DNA of 64,000 bases. Source: the human T2T-CHM13v2.0 reference genome, Homo sapiens. The notes below the pieces were generated by a model that was not told the DNA's origin, searched no databases, and saw nothing but the letters and a program-made list of their open reading frames with translations. Where the stretch lies: the NCBI RefSeq assembly GCF_009914755.1, contig NC_060938.1. One strand, written 5' to 3'. A program made the translations under genes and the position numbers. This document shows, one piece after another, positions 28,770-50,382 of the stretch (the first letter of the stretch is position 1; every line of letters starts with the position of its first letter).

Positions 28770-31700
28770 TTTTTTTAATGTTTATTTTTCCATAGGTTAT
28801 TGGAATACAGGTGGTGTTTGGTTACATGAATAAGTTCTTTAGTGGTGATTTGTGAGATTTTGGTGCACCCATCACCCGAGCAGCATATGCTGCACCATAT
28901 TTGTAGTCTTTTATCCCTCTTTCCTCTCTCACCCTTACCCCCAAGTTCCCAAAGTCTATTGTGTCATTCTTATGCCTTTGCATCCTCATATCTTAGCTCT
29001 CACATGTCAGTGAGAACATACGATGTTTGGTTTTCCATTCCTGAGTTACTTCACTTAGAATAATAGCCTCCAGCCTCATCCAGGTCGCTGTGAATGCCAT
29101 TAATTCATTCCTTTTTGTGGCTGAGTAGTATTCCATCACATATACATACTACAGTTCCTTTATCCACTTGTTGATTGATGGGCATTTGGGTTGGTTCCAC
29201 AAGTTTGCAGTTGAAAATTGTACTGCTACAAACATGAGTGTGCAAGTATCTTTTTCGTAGAATGACGTCTTTTCCTCTGGGTAGATACCCAGTAGTGGGA
29301 TCGCAGGATCAAATAGTAGTTCTACTTTTAGTCCTTTAAGGAATCTCTGCACTGTTTTCCATAGCGGCTGTACTAGTTTACATTCCCACCAGCAGTGTAG
29401 AAGTGTCCCCTGATCACTGCATCCACACCAACATCTAATGTTTTTTGATTTTTTGATTATGGCCATTCTTGCAGGGGTAAGGTGGTATCGCATTGTGGTT
29501 TTGATTTGCATTTCCCTAATCATTAGTGATGTTGAGCATTTTTTCATATATTTGTTGGCCATTTGCATATCTTCTTTTGAGAATTGTCTATTCATGTCCT
29601 TACCCCACTTTTTGATGGGATTGTCTGTTTTTTTCTTGCTGATTTGTTTGAGTTTGTTGTAGATTCTGGATATTAGTCCTTTGTCAGATGTACACATTGT
29701 GAAGATTTTCTCTCACTCTGTGGGTTGTCTGTTTACTCTGCTGACTGTTCCTTTTGCTGTGCAGAAGCTCTTTAGCTTAATTATGTCCCAGCTATTTATC
29801 TTTGTTTTTATTGCATTTGCTTTTGGGTTCTGGTCATGAAGTCCTCGCCTAAGCCAATGCCTGGAAGGGTTTTTCCAATGTTATTGGAAATTTTTATAGT
29901 TTCTAGAATTTTTACAGTTTCAGGTCTTAGATTTAAGTCTTTGATCCATCTTGAGTTGATTTTTGTATAAGATGAGAGATGAAGATCCAGTTTCATTCTC
30001 CTACACGTGGCTTGCCAGTTATCCCAGCACCATTTGTTGAATAGGGTGTCCTTTCCCCACTTTACGTTTTTGTTTGCTTTGTCAAAGATCAGTTGGCTGT
30101 AAGTACTTGGGTTTATTTCTGGGTTCTCTATTCTGTTACATTGGTCTATGTGCCTATTTTTATACCAGTACCATGCTGTTTTGGTGACTATGGCCTTATA
30201 GTAGAGTTTGGAATCAGGCCGTGTGTTGCCTCCAGATTTGTTCTTTTTGCTTAGTCTTGCCTTGGCTATGTAGGCTCTTTTTTGGTTTCATATGAATTTT
30301 TTTTTGTGACAGATTCTCATTCTTTTGCCCAGGCTGGAGTACAATGGCACAATCTGGGCTCACTGCAAACCTTCCAGGTTCAAGTGATTCTCCTGCCTCA
30401 GCCTCCTGAGTAGTAGCTGGAATTACAGGCACATGCCACCACACCCGGCTAGTTTTTGTATTTTTAGTAGAGATGGGGTTTCACCATGTTGGCCAGGCTG
30501 GTCTTGAACTCCTGACCTCAAGTGATCCTACTGCCTTGGCCTCCCAAAGTGCTAGGATTACAGGCATGAGCCACCGTGCCTGGCCTCCATATGAATTTTA
30601 GAATTGTTTTTTCTAATTCTGTGAAGAATGATGATGGTATTTTGATGGGGATTGCATTGAATTTGTAGATTGCTTTTGGCAGTGTGGTAATTTTCACAAT
30701 ATTGATTCTACCCATCCATGAGCGTGGTATGTGTTTCCATTTGTTTGTGTCATCTATGATTTCTTTCAGCAGCGTTTTGTAGTTTTCCTTGTAGAGGTCT
30801 TTCCCTTCCTTGGTAAGGTATATTTCTAAGTATTTTATTTTATTTTTTGCAGCTATTGTAAAAGGGGTTGAGTTCTTGATTTGATTCTCTGCTTAATTAC
30901 TGTTGGTGTATAGAGTAGCTACTGATTTGTGTACATTAATCTTCTATCTGGAAACTTTGCTGAATTTTTTTTTCAGTCCTAGGAGCTTTCTGGAGGAGTC
31001 TTTAGGGTTTTCCAGGTAAACAATCATATCATCAGTAGTGACAGTTTGACTTTCTCTTTATCGATATGGATGCCCTTTATTTCTTTCCCTTGTCTGATTG
31101 CTCTGGCTAGGACTTCCAATACTGTGTTGAAGAGGAGTGGTGACAGTGGGCATCCTTGTCTTGTTTCAATTCTCAGAGGGAATGCTTTCAACTTTTCCCC
31201 ATTCAGAATTATGTTGTCATGGATGGCTTTTTCTACACTGAGGTATGTCCCTTGGTATGCTGATTTGCTGAGAGTTTTAATCATAAAGCGATGCTGGATT
31301 TTGTCAAATGCTGTTTCTGCATCTATTGAGATGATCATGTGATTTTTGTTTTTAATTCTGTTTATGTGGTGTATCACATTAACTGACTTGCGTATGTTAA
31401 ACCATCCCTGCATCTCTGGTATGAAACCCACTTGATTGGGGTGGATTATCTTTTTGATATGTTGTTGGACTTGGTTAGCTAGCATTTTGTTAAGGATTTC
31501 TGGCATCTATCTTCATCAGGGATATCGGTCTGTAGTTTTCTTTTTTGGTTACGTCCTTTCCCGGTTTTGGTATTAGGGTGATGCTGGCTTCATAGAATGA
31601 ATTAGGGAGGCTTCCCGCTTTCTCTGTCTTGTGGAATAGTACCAATAGGACCAATTCTTCTTTGAATGTCTGGTAGAATTCTACTGTGAATCTGGTCCTG

Positions 31701-34700
31701 GACTTTTTTTTGTTCTTGGTAATTTTAAAATTACCATTTCAATCTCGCTGCTTGTTATTGGTCTCTTCAGGGTATATAATTCTTCCTGATTTAAGCTAGG
31801 AGGGTTGTATTTTCCTGAGAATTTATCCATCTCTTCTAGGTTTTCTAGTTAATGTGTGTAAAGGCGTTCATAGTAGCCTTGAATGATCTTTTGTATTTCT
31901 GTGGTGTCAGTTGTAATATTTCCCATTTCGTTTCCTATTGAGGTTATTGGGACTTTCTTCTTTTCTTGGTTAATCTTGCTAATGGTCTATCAATTTTATT
32001 TATCTTTTCAGAGAACCAGCTTTTTGTTTCATTTATCTTTTGTATTTTTTTGTCTCAATTTCCTTTAGTTTTGCTCTGATCTTGATTAATTCCTTTCTTC
32101 TGCTGGGTTTGGATTTGGTTTGTTCTTGTTTCTCTGGTTCCCTGAGGGGTGACCTTAGAATGTCAATTTGTGCTTTTTCAGTCTTTTCGACGTAGGCGCC
32201 TAGGGGTGTGAACTTTCCTCTTGGCACCGCCTTTGCTGTATCCCAGAGGTTTCAACAGGTTGTGTCACTGTTGTTGTTCGGCTTCTTTTGGAGTTTATTT
32301 CCTATCATATGGTCACATTCTATTCAACGGCGTATGGAACATTCTCCAAGACAGACCGTATGATAGGCCACAAAGCAAGCCTCAATAAATTTAAGAAAAT
32401 TGAAATTATATCAAGCACTCTCTCAGACCACAGTGGAATAAAACTGGAAATCAACTCCAAAAGGAACCTTCAAAACCATGCAAATACATGGAAATTAAAT
32501 AAACTGCTCTTGAATGATTATTGGGTCAAAAACGAAATCAAGATGGAAATTAAAAAAATTTTTGAACCGAAAGCACCAGGTAACCTATAAACGAAAACCT
32601 ATCAGATTAACAGCAGATTTCTCAGCAGAAACACTACAAGCTAGAAGAGATTGGAGCCCTATCTTCATCCTCCTCCAACAGAACAATTATCAGCCAAGAA
32701 TTTTGTATCCAGTGAAACTAAGCATGTGGTGCTTTTGTCTCACAGCTCTTAAGATTCTTTCCTTCATCTTAACTTTAGATAACCAGATGACAATGTGCCT
32801 AGGTTTTGTAGATTGCTTGTTTTAGTTTTAGTTTTAAAGATCTTTTTGTGATGAATTTCCCAGGTGTTCTTTGTGCTCTTGTATTTAGATGTCTATGTCT
32901 CTGGCAAGGCTGGGGAAGCTTCCCTCAATTGTTCCCCCAAACATGTTTTCCAAACTTTTAGATTTCTCTTCGTCCTCAGGGACACCAATTATCTTAGGTT
33001 TGTTCATTTAACATAATCCTAGACTTCTTGGAGGCTTTGCTCATATTTTCTTATTCTTTTTTCTTTGTCTTTGTTGGATTGGGTTAATTCAAAGACCTTG
33101 TCTTCGAGCTCTGAATTTCTTTCTTCTACTTATTCAGTTCTGTTGCTGAGACTTTCCAGAGCATTTTGCATTTCTATAAGTGTGTCCAATGTTTCCTGAA
33201 GTTTTTATTGTTTTTCTTTATGCTATCTATTTCCTTGAACATTTCTCCCTTCACTTCTTGTATCTTTTTTTGGATTTCCTTGCATCGGGCTTTGCCTTTC
33301 TCTGGTGCCTCCATGATTAGCTTAATAACCAACCTCCTGAATTCTTTTTCAGGTAAATCAGGGATTTCTTCTTGGTTTGGATCCATTGCTGGTGAGCTAG
33401 TGCGATTTTTTGGGGGTGTTAAAGAGCTTTGTTTTGTCATATTACCAGAGCTGGTTTTCTGGTTCCTTCTCATTTGAGTAGGCTCTGTCTGAGGGAAGGT
33501 CTGGGGCTGAAGGCTGTTGCTCAGATTCCTTTGTCCCACGGGGTGTTCCCTTGATGTAGCACTCTCCCCCTTTTCCTGTGGATGTGGCTTCCTGAGAGCC
33601 GAGCTGTGGTGATTGTTATTTCTCTTCTGGATCTAGCCACCCAGCAAGTCTACCAGGCTCCAGGCTTGTACTGGGGGTTGTCTGCACAGAGTCCTGTGAT
33701 GTGAACTGTCTGTGGGTTTCTCCGCCGTGCATACCAGCAACTGTCCCAGTGGAGGTGGCGGGGCGGTGAAATGGACTCCATGAAGGTTCTTAGCTTTGGT
33801 GGTTTAATGCTCTGTTTTTGTGCTGGTTGGCCTCCTGCCAGGAGATGGCGTTTTCCAGAGAGCATCAGTGGTGGTAGTATGGAGAGGAACCAGCAGTGGG
33901 TAGGGCCCTAGAACTCCCAAGAGTATATGCCCTCTGTCTTCAACTACAAGGGTGGGTAGGGAAGGACCATCAGATGCGGGCAGGGCTAGGTGTGTCTGAG
34001 CTCACAGAGTCTCCTTGGACAGTTCTTGCTGCAGCTGCTGGGGGGGATGGCTGTGAGGTTCCTAGGTCAATGGAGTTGTGAACCTAGGAGGATTATGACT
34101 GCCTCTGCTGAGTCATGCAGGTTGTCAGGGAAGTGGGGAAAGCCGGCAGTCACAGGTGTCACCCAGCTCCCATGCAAACTGAAGGTGGGTCTCACTCACA
34201 CCATGCCCCTCGCCAACAGCACTGAGTCTGTTTCCAGGCATTGGGCAAGCAGAGAACTTGCCCCAGGCTACCTACTTCCCAGCTATGAAGAAGGGCTTTG
34301 GTTGTTCCTCTACCAGTGGGGTCTGCAGGATTCGTGCCCTCCCCTGCGTTCAGCTGGAGACTTCCTTCTCCCTGTGACATTTTCCCTGTGCCTCTGGCCA
34401 CCCTCCCAAAGTATTCATATGGTGCCATGCAGGAATGGCCTGCCTGGGGACCCAGGAAGCTCCCAGGGCCTTTCCCGCTGCTCCCTGTACCCCTGTATTT
34501 CGCTCAGCTTTCTAAATTGACTCAGCTCCAGGTAAGGTTGGAACCTTTTCCCACCAACTAGACCTTTGGTTTCTCTAGTGAGGGTGTGTGTGCAGGATGG
34601 ACGATCTCCCATTCCCACTTCCACAGTTTGGGCACTCACAGTATTTGGGGTGTCTCTGGGTCCTGCAGGAGCAGGCTGCTTCCTTCACATGGTCTGTGGA

Positions 34701-34838
34701 TCCTCTTGGGATTCCTGATTTATTCCTGCAGTTGTTCTGGAGCTAAAATTCACGGTGCCAGCCTCCACATGTGCTCTGTCCATCCCAGTCGGACTGCAAT
34801 CTAGTCCTGACTCCTGTCCACCATGATGATCTCTCCCC
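28770..34838 (-). mobile_element. Near full-length L1PB-type LINE-1 (5' UTR, broken ORF1 and ORF2, 3' UTR), internally rearranged at 32290-32727
   Basis: ORF1-like 33174-33539, ORF2-like 31024-31506 ([25 protein letters not shown]) and 29149-29697 ([17 protein letters not shown]). Confidence 0.93.
30298..30585 (-). mobile_element. AluS inserted in L1PB ORF2
   Basis: TSD catatgaatttt at 30289-30300 and 30588-30599. Confidence 0.93.
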
Positions 34839-35649
34839 CTTCATTCTTTTGAATGGCTGTGGAGTTTTCCACGGAATGTTCTGTGGTTTATTGAAACAAT
34901 TTCCCACTGATGGGCATTTAGTTTGTTTTCAGGTCTTTATGCTGCAAAGCATATTATTGTCCATATACCTTAAAGTTACTTGATCAACTCTATTTGTAGA
35001 TTAAATTCAGTTCCACATGGCTGGAGAGGCCTTGGGAAACACAGTCGTGGTGGAAGGGGAGCAGGTACGTCTTACGTGGGGGCAGATGAGAGTGGTTCTT
35101 TTCCATCTTGTTTTTACTTTTTTCCTAAATCTGTGCTTTGAAACAACCTTTAAACAAACTCCAAATTAGATAAATTTTTTTTTGCAGTAAAATAAATTAT
35201 AAATGCCTGTCTTATAGTTTTTAAAAATGAAAAACACATCTTATTTTTTGTGGTATACTTTGTAGACAGAATTATATATATTAATTAGAATTTTAACTCT
35301 TAGTAACCTTATTTTCTAGCAAGCAAATTTTAACCATTTGTCACATATCACTATTTTATAGATGAGAAAAATTTTATAATTTTTGAAAACATATTTCTAT
35401 GACATAATTTTTACATATATTAATAGACCCAAATAAATTTAGTCTTTCTACAAAATTTCTATAAAATTTAAGAAGCCAAGAACAAACATTTATGTTCAGT
35501 AATTTGTGTTAGTTTTAAAAATCTTATTTGGAAATGACCCAGACATTTAATGAGTATCTATTATTTAACTGAAGATAACATAATTTTAAGATCTTAAATT
35601 ACATAAGAAGCTTATTTATAAACATTTATTTTCTTGACATTTATCTTAT

Positions 35650-35781
35650 TTATTTATTTATTTTAGTGATGGGGGTCTTGTTGCATCGCTCAGGGTGGTC
35701 TGAACTTCCGGGCTCAAGCAATCCTCCCACCTCAGCCTCCTGAGTAGCTAGGACTATAGGCGTGTGCCATGACACCAGGCT
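35650..35781 (-). mobile_element. Free Alu monomer (FLAM-like)
   Basis: Single ~130-bp monomer with T-rich tail. Confidence 0.75.
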
Positions 35782-36000
35782 TAATTAATTTATTTTTAAT
35801 AATTTACCTAGATTACTTATGAAAATTGAGATATTAGACAAAGCTAGCCATTACTTAAAGTTATTTCCCTTTTAACCATTTTTATAGCCTGTGATTATTA
35901 GATGTTCACTTAGTAAGAAACTTAGTGAAGTGTATGGGTATTTTGTCGATAGCTCATAAGATACAGCTGTTTTTATTAAGCCTGCAATATTAAATTAGCC

Positions 36001-36290
<290 letters not shown>

Positions 36291-37434
36291 AAATTAGTCT
36301 TATTTATCAAAGATCATACAAAGATTATTCTGTTTTAGGATGGGTTTATAGTTTTATCATCTTTGTGTCAAACCCTGACATCTTAAAACATCTATCAGAG
36401 ACAAATATAAAGCTGTCTGACGAGTAAACTCAGGGAAAAATATATGCTGACAATTCTGAGAACATTTGTATTTTTATTTTACCAACAATTTTAAAACTGA
36501 TTTGTTTATTAAAGATATACTTAAGTCACATGAACTAAAAGGCATTTGGGTTAATTAGTACATATTTTTTATGAATGCTTATTTATCTAAGCCAATCTAA
36601 ATAGAATCCCTTAATAGATTTTTTGTTGATGATGCCAGATTTTACCATGTAGATAACAACATACAACATAATACACATACATATGCATAAACACAATTAA
36701 CCACATACGCACACAAATAAAGACACTGTAGCTTTCATTTTAGAATTTTGGTCATGAGATAATAACACAAATGTGTCAGTTTCTAAAAGACACTTCAATC
36801 CAAATTATATTTTTGACAAAACTGGGACTTGTTCACAAGCTAAACTTTATTTGTCCTGATGGGTCGTCTAATGAGGGCCATGGATCAGAATTTTGGGTAA
36901 AGCAGTTTCTGCATTAGTTTGATTTCAAAAGACCTTTTTCAGTTTTAAATGAATTTAAGGTTAAATTTCCAGTGATTGCGTTTTAGCTAGGACTGGCTGA
37001 ATTGTATATGAAAAACAAAATCTTCAACTCGTCTATACTAGTAACAAATCTATTTTTTGGTTGCTGGTCTGATTTTCTGGACTAGACAATGCATGCAGGG
37101 AAGCATTTAGCAGTGTTTTTCCTTTTTCTGGCACCTGTGGCAAAGCAAAATTTTTATGGCAGACAGAGATACCTTATATTACTGCTCTAAGCTCAAGATT
37201 TTGGCCTGTTCGATCTGAAAGCCCAATTTCTGTAAATATTTACCTAGTTCTGTTCTTTGAGACCATCAGTCCTTCAGTTAGCTATTCCATCAGCCTAAGC
37301 AGTTGTTAGCCAAGCAAAGCTAATCTACATTTTCAAAAGAAATGACTCTTACATCTAGGTCATTGGTTACCATAGAGCTGTTGTAATTTGTAAAGCCACT
37401 AATTTAAAACCTTTAGGAAACTTTAAAAAATCTT

Positions 37435-37755
37435 GGGCCAGGCACGGTGGCACACGCCTATAGTTTTAGCACTTTGGGAGGCCAAGGCAGGTGGATCACT
37501 TGAGGTCAGGAGTTCAAGACGAGCTTGGCCAACACAGTGAAAGCCTGTCTCTACTAAAATACAAAAATTAGCTGGGCATGGTGGCGGGCACCTGTAATCA
37601 GCTACTCAGGAGGCTGAGGCAGGAGAATCACTTGAACCCGAGAGGCAGAGGTTGCAGCGACCCAAGATAGCGCCACTGCATTCCAGCCTGGGTGACAGAG
37701 TGAGACTCCATCTAAAAAAACAAAAAACAAAAAACAAACAAACAAAAAACCAAAA
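37435..37755 (+). mobile_element. AluS
   Basis: Alu dimer with A-rich tail, flanking atcttgg repeat. Confidence 0.93.
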
Positions 37756-39140
37756 ATATCTTGGCTGGAATGCTGTAACCAGTGAGTTTTATTGCAACAT
37801 GAGTAAAAAAGTCAGCAGATTTAAAGTAGGCAGAAAAACAAAATAGAGAGATAGAGGACTTAGGAGGCACTGCATGATGACTACTGTTGCAGGGTTTTTG
37901 TTAGAGTTCGAAAAATAACCATTGGAACTCTAAATTTTCCTTGACGTAATTTGCCCATTAGTTTAAAAATGTGCACAAAGACGTAGCCAGCGGGAGTTCC
38001 AGAAAACTTACTGTGCCTTAATATTTAAAAACCATTCCCCTTCTTATTAATCTTTTTACAGTAAAGAACATTCTACAGATACTATGAGGCCACGCCGGCA
38101 GTTTGGACTGGTGCTTTAGACGGTGGTGACTGCTGTAGCAGCTTCTAATGAGACAGCCTGTGCCCACCATTTAGAATGTTTATTTTGCTCTCCAAAGATT
38201 TTTAGAAGCAAGCAGAGGAAAAGAGCCAGGTCATTTACAGATACACATAACCACAGCAAAAGAAGGCAAGATAAGGGTGCTCACAAATATGTTCACCCAG
38301 GCATGCATATCCAACAAAGTATTAAAGGAGGCACCTCACCAGAGAAGACATCCCTCAGAGACAGAATGCAAACTCTGTGGAAACCAGAGTACTCAGGCTG
38401 GAATGTCTTTATGCTAAACAGGACTTGCCAGAAAGCACGAAAAGCCTTTTATCATCCCAGGAGGGACATAAGGTCCTTTATTAAGGCAGTCTAATAAACA
38501 AACCCCACATAATATTAAAAAAGCATCTTCCAAAAAGAGGGAGGGTTGGCCTGAGAGAAGACGGAGTAGCTCAGAAAAAGCTGAGAGCTCAAAGGGCTCA
38601 AGTGAATACTGCACACCGGCCCAAGAATTACTGACTCCTTCCAGCAGTGATCCTTCTCCACATCCCACTTCTGACTCCATGTATCTCAATCTAAATAACA
38701 AGAGAAATGCCGTCTAAAAGAAAAAGATATCTATTTGGAGGTAGAGCACTGCAGTGGGATACACCTGCCATGATCAGCTATGTGCGTATTCAGGGAGGCA
38801 AAGGGAGACCAAGGCTTTCAAAGGAAAAATGAGGAGGATTACATGATTGCTTTGAGATAATTACCCTCTCTACAAGGACCAATAACAAAGGCAATGCCAG
38901 TCTGAGGTTGGACAGCCCGTTGCTGGGAAGATGTCCTCACAGAAGTACTTTCTGTGTAAGGTTGTGATGGTCTTTGTGCCAGTTGCAGTTTTTGTAGAGT
39001 CCTTGGTGATAGTTTTTGTTATCAAGTGTTTATGGATGAGAACCCTCTTCTCTTCTTGGCCTTCCTAGGCTCTATTTGTCAGGGATTTAGAAAAAAAAAA
39101 AACCACAGGTGACTCAATTTTGATTCTGATGACTTCCACA

Positions 39141-39482
39141 TACTACAGACGTGGTGGCTGAGAAACAACAGAAACTTATTTCCCACCATTCTGGAGGCTG
39201 AATGTCCCAGACCAAGGCTCCAGCCGATGGGTGTCTGGTGAGGCCTGCATCCCAGCTCATAGACGGCATCTCCTCACAGGGGAGAAAGGGTGAGGGAGCT
39301 CTCTGGGGCCCCTCTCATAAGGGTGCTAATCCTCTTCATGAGGGCCCCCCTTTTATGACCTCAGCACCCCCAAAAGCCCCATCTTCTAATACCATTACAT
39401 TGGAGGTTAGGATTTCAGGGGGAAAGGTATGAATATACGAATGTATGAATTTCAGGAGGACACAAATGTTCAGCCCACAGCA
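39141..39482 (-). mobile_element. MLT1A/MSTD-type LTR, larger part (remainder at 23276-23310)
   Basis: tactacagac...aaacaacagaaacttatt...gttcagcccacagca continues tgtcttggcctgttttggctgctgtaccaaatacc. Confidence 0.8.
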
Positions 39483-39719
39483 GATGATAACAGGAGGTCC
39501 GACCAATACCTGGGTCCTTGCTGAGCCCCTTTCAGATAGGATTTTACTCACTTCTCACCTCACTCTACTTGACAGGTGTATTTTCACCCCATTCTGATGA
39601 GGAAATGGAGGTACGGAGTTCAGGCTCTTGCCCACAGTCATGCAGACAGTAAGAGGTGCAGGCTCTCGATACACACAGAACAGGCTCCATGTGCAAGGTT
39701 GTTCCCGTGCCATCCTGTC

Positions 39720-40020
39720 ATGGCGTGTGCATGCATAAGTGTGCATGTCTGTGTGTATGCGCGTGCACGAGCATGTGTGTCTTTGATGCCTATGTGCACT
39801 TGTGTGTGTGCAGGTGCACGTCCGTGTATGTGCATGCAGATGTGTGTGTCTGCAGACCTGCACATGCATGCCTTGTGCATGTGTGCCCATGCCTGTGCAT
39901 CTGCCTGTTTGCATGTGAGTGTACTGCATGTGTGTGCATATATGTTTATTCGTGAGCTGTGCACATGTGCATGTGTGCATAGATGCTTGTGTGCATGTGT
40001 GTGCATGTACGAGTGAGCGT
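39720..40020. repeat. Degenerate (TG)n/(CA)n tract 3' of IGHD
   Basis: Visible tgtgtgcatg-type low-complexity sequence. Confidence 0.9.
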
Positions 40021-40247
40021 GAAATGTTTGTGTTTGGTGTGGGGAGGGGCGTTTCTTAACCCATTAACTTCAGAGCAAGGTCTCCGCTCAGTTCTTGCTG
40101 TGACAGCTTTGGCTATTGCGTTCCCTGTTGCTGCTGACACCCCAAACTCCCTTCCCATTGCCGTTAGCTCCCTGTGTCCTTTAACTTGAGGTGAATCCAG
40201 ACCACTGGGACAAAGAACAGGAGGCAGGTGAAATGAACCAAAGTGTG

Positions 40248-40253
40248 TTTATG
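40248..40253 (-). terminator. IGHD: Candidate delta membrane poly(A) signal, variant CATAAA
   Basis: First signal-like hexamer I found after M2, with U-rich downstream sequence; nearest AATAAA is at 39945-39950. Confidence 0.55.
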
Positions 40254-40280
40254 GGGAGGCCAGCGGGCTGCAGGTGGGAC

Positions 40281-40398
40281 TAGCTGGCTCTGGGGGAAGC
40301 ACAGGAAGGAGGCATGGGGGTTAGGGCCGGGGCAGGGGTGTAGCTGGCTCTCGGGGAAGCATGGGAAGGAGGCACAGGGGTTAGGGCCGGGGCAGGGG
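40281..40398. repeat. 60-bp imperfect tandem duplication in the deltaM 3' UTR
   Basis: tagctggctc...ttagggccggggcagggg at 40281 and 40341. Confidence 0.9.
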
Positions 40399-40614
40399 GG
40401 CTCTGATTCGCCTGCGGAGTGATGGGTGCCCGTCCCCCTGGTCTAGAAGACTGGGTTCTGTGGCGGACAGAGGGGAGCCGGGGGCAGGGGCTGGCGCATC
40501 TTCCTGCACACAGAAGAGTCCAGGGTGGGTCCTTTCTGCTCTCTGGTAGCCACAGATGAGGTACAGAGGCTGCTTCCCTTCTCTGCAGGTACAGGGCGTC
40601 CTGCTCTTCTGGGG

Positions 40615-49138
<8,524 letters not shown>

Positions 49139-50382
49139 CTGGAAGACAGACACAGTGGGAGTCTGAGGCTGGAGGCTCTGAGGACAAGGGGCAGGGCAGG
49201 GCAGAGGACCCTGGCAGCAGGGTGACAGGGAAGGCAGGGAAAAGGGGCCCAGGAGGAGTGCCCAGGGTGAGCGGGGCTGACCAAGTGGCCCGTGAACACG
49301 AATGCCCCTGCTGCCGCTCCTGTGTTGTGAGTCAGAATAACCGAGTGGGACCTGTGGCTTTGTGGACCCTGGGCTCTTGTTGCCGAGAGCTCCTGGAAGG
49401 GAGGGGTCTTCCCTCCAGAGGCTTTGGTGCCCCTCTGGGCATTCCTGGGACCTCCACCTTCCCTGCTGCCCCCAACCTCTCTGGAACCCACTTCCCTTGG
49501 GCCCCTGAGGGGAGGAGGGGCACTCAAGCCTGGGAGCAACGGGCCTAGGGCTGTATGACCCTCCTGCCCAGGCTCCCAGCCACGGGTCCTCAGCTGCCCT
49601 GCAGGGGCCATGGGGTCCCTGTGGAGGGCCATGCGTCTGGCCCTCTGAGTGGCTCCGGAGGAGCTGGTGGGATTGGATGCTCCTCTCCCTGATTCCTGGC
49701 CCCAGGGGCTCTGCTGCCTGGGATAAACCCATGAGCTGACCTGGCCCCTTGTAAGGGGTGTTACTCATGGACAGCAGGCTGTAGGGTGGCAGGTCCCAGA
49801 ATGTGTGGCTGCCTGCTGGGCTTGGCTCTCAGCCTCACTTTCCTGGAGACCTGGGTACCCAGGGCAGCTGAGCAAGTGCAGGGTTCTTGCCTGGGTCCCT
49901 GGAGGCCCCAGGTGCTCCGTCTTAGTCTAACCTTCTACTCACCCCCTGCCTCCACCCATGTCTGCCCACCACCACACTGACTATTGCTGCTCAGGTGGGG
50001 CCAGGTGTTCCCGTTCTTTGGCCTGGTACGCAAGGTCATCTGGTGTGGCGGTGGCCCCATCCTCCTTCCCTTCTCCCTTGGGGCAGAAACTGTCGCCCTG
50101 CTTTCCCAAATTCTGGATGACCCTCCTCTTCTCCCCATTTACATCCTTTATCCTGGGATTTTCTGAGCAGGATTGTCAACCCATTGTCAACCCTCCACAT
50201 CCTAGGCAGTATTCACGGCCCATCTCAGAATCTTCCACCTGAACAGTGTGTTCCTAATTCCCTTCCTCGAGCCACCTCTTGGACCCCTCTGGGCTGTTTT
50301 CATTTTTCCCTGAGGTTCTGGGATGTCAGCCCTGCCAGGCCTCCCTCTACAGCACCACTGGTGAGACACTAGGGATGGGTCT

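Noticed and set aside
29149-33539. Reverse-transcriptase and ORF1-like ORFs
   Set aside because: Fragmented L1PB, interrupted and rearranged, so not an active element or host gene
38662-38679. tRNA gene
   Set aside because: Only an 18-nt 3'-end match next to an LTR, so a primer binding site
39555-40016. His/Thr- and Cys/Val-rich ORFs here and at 57129-57619
   Set aside because: Translations of dinucleotide-like tracts
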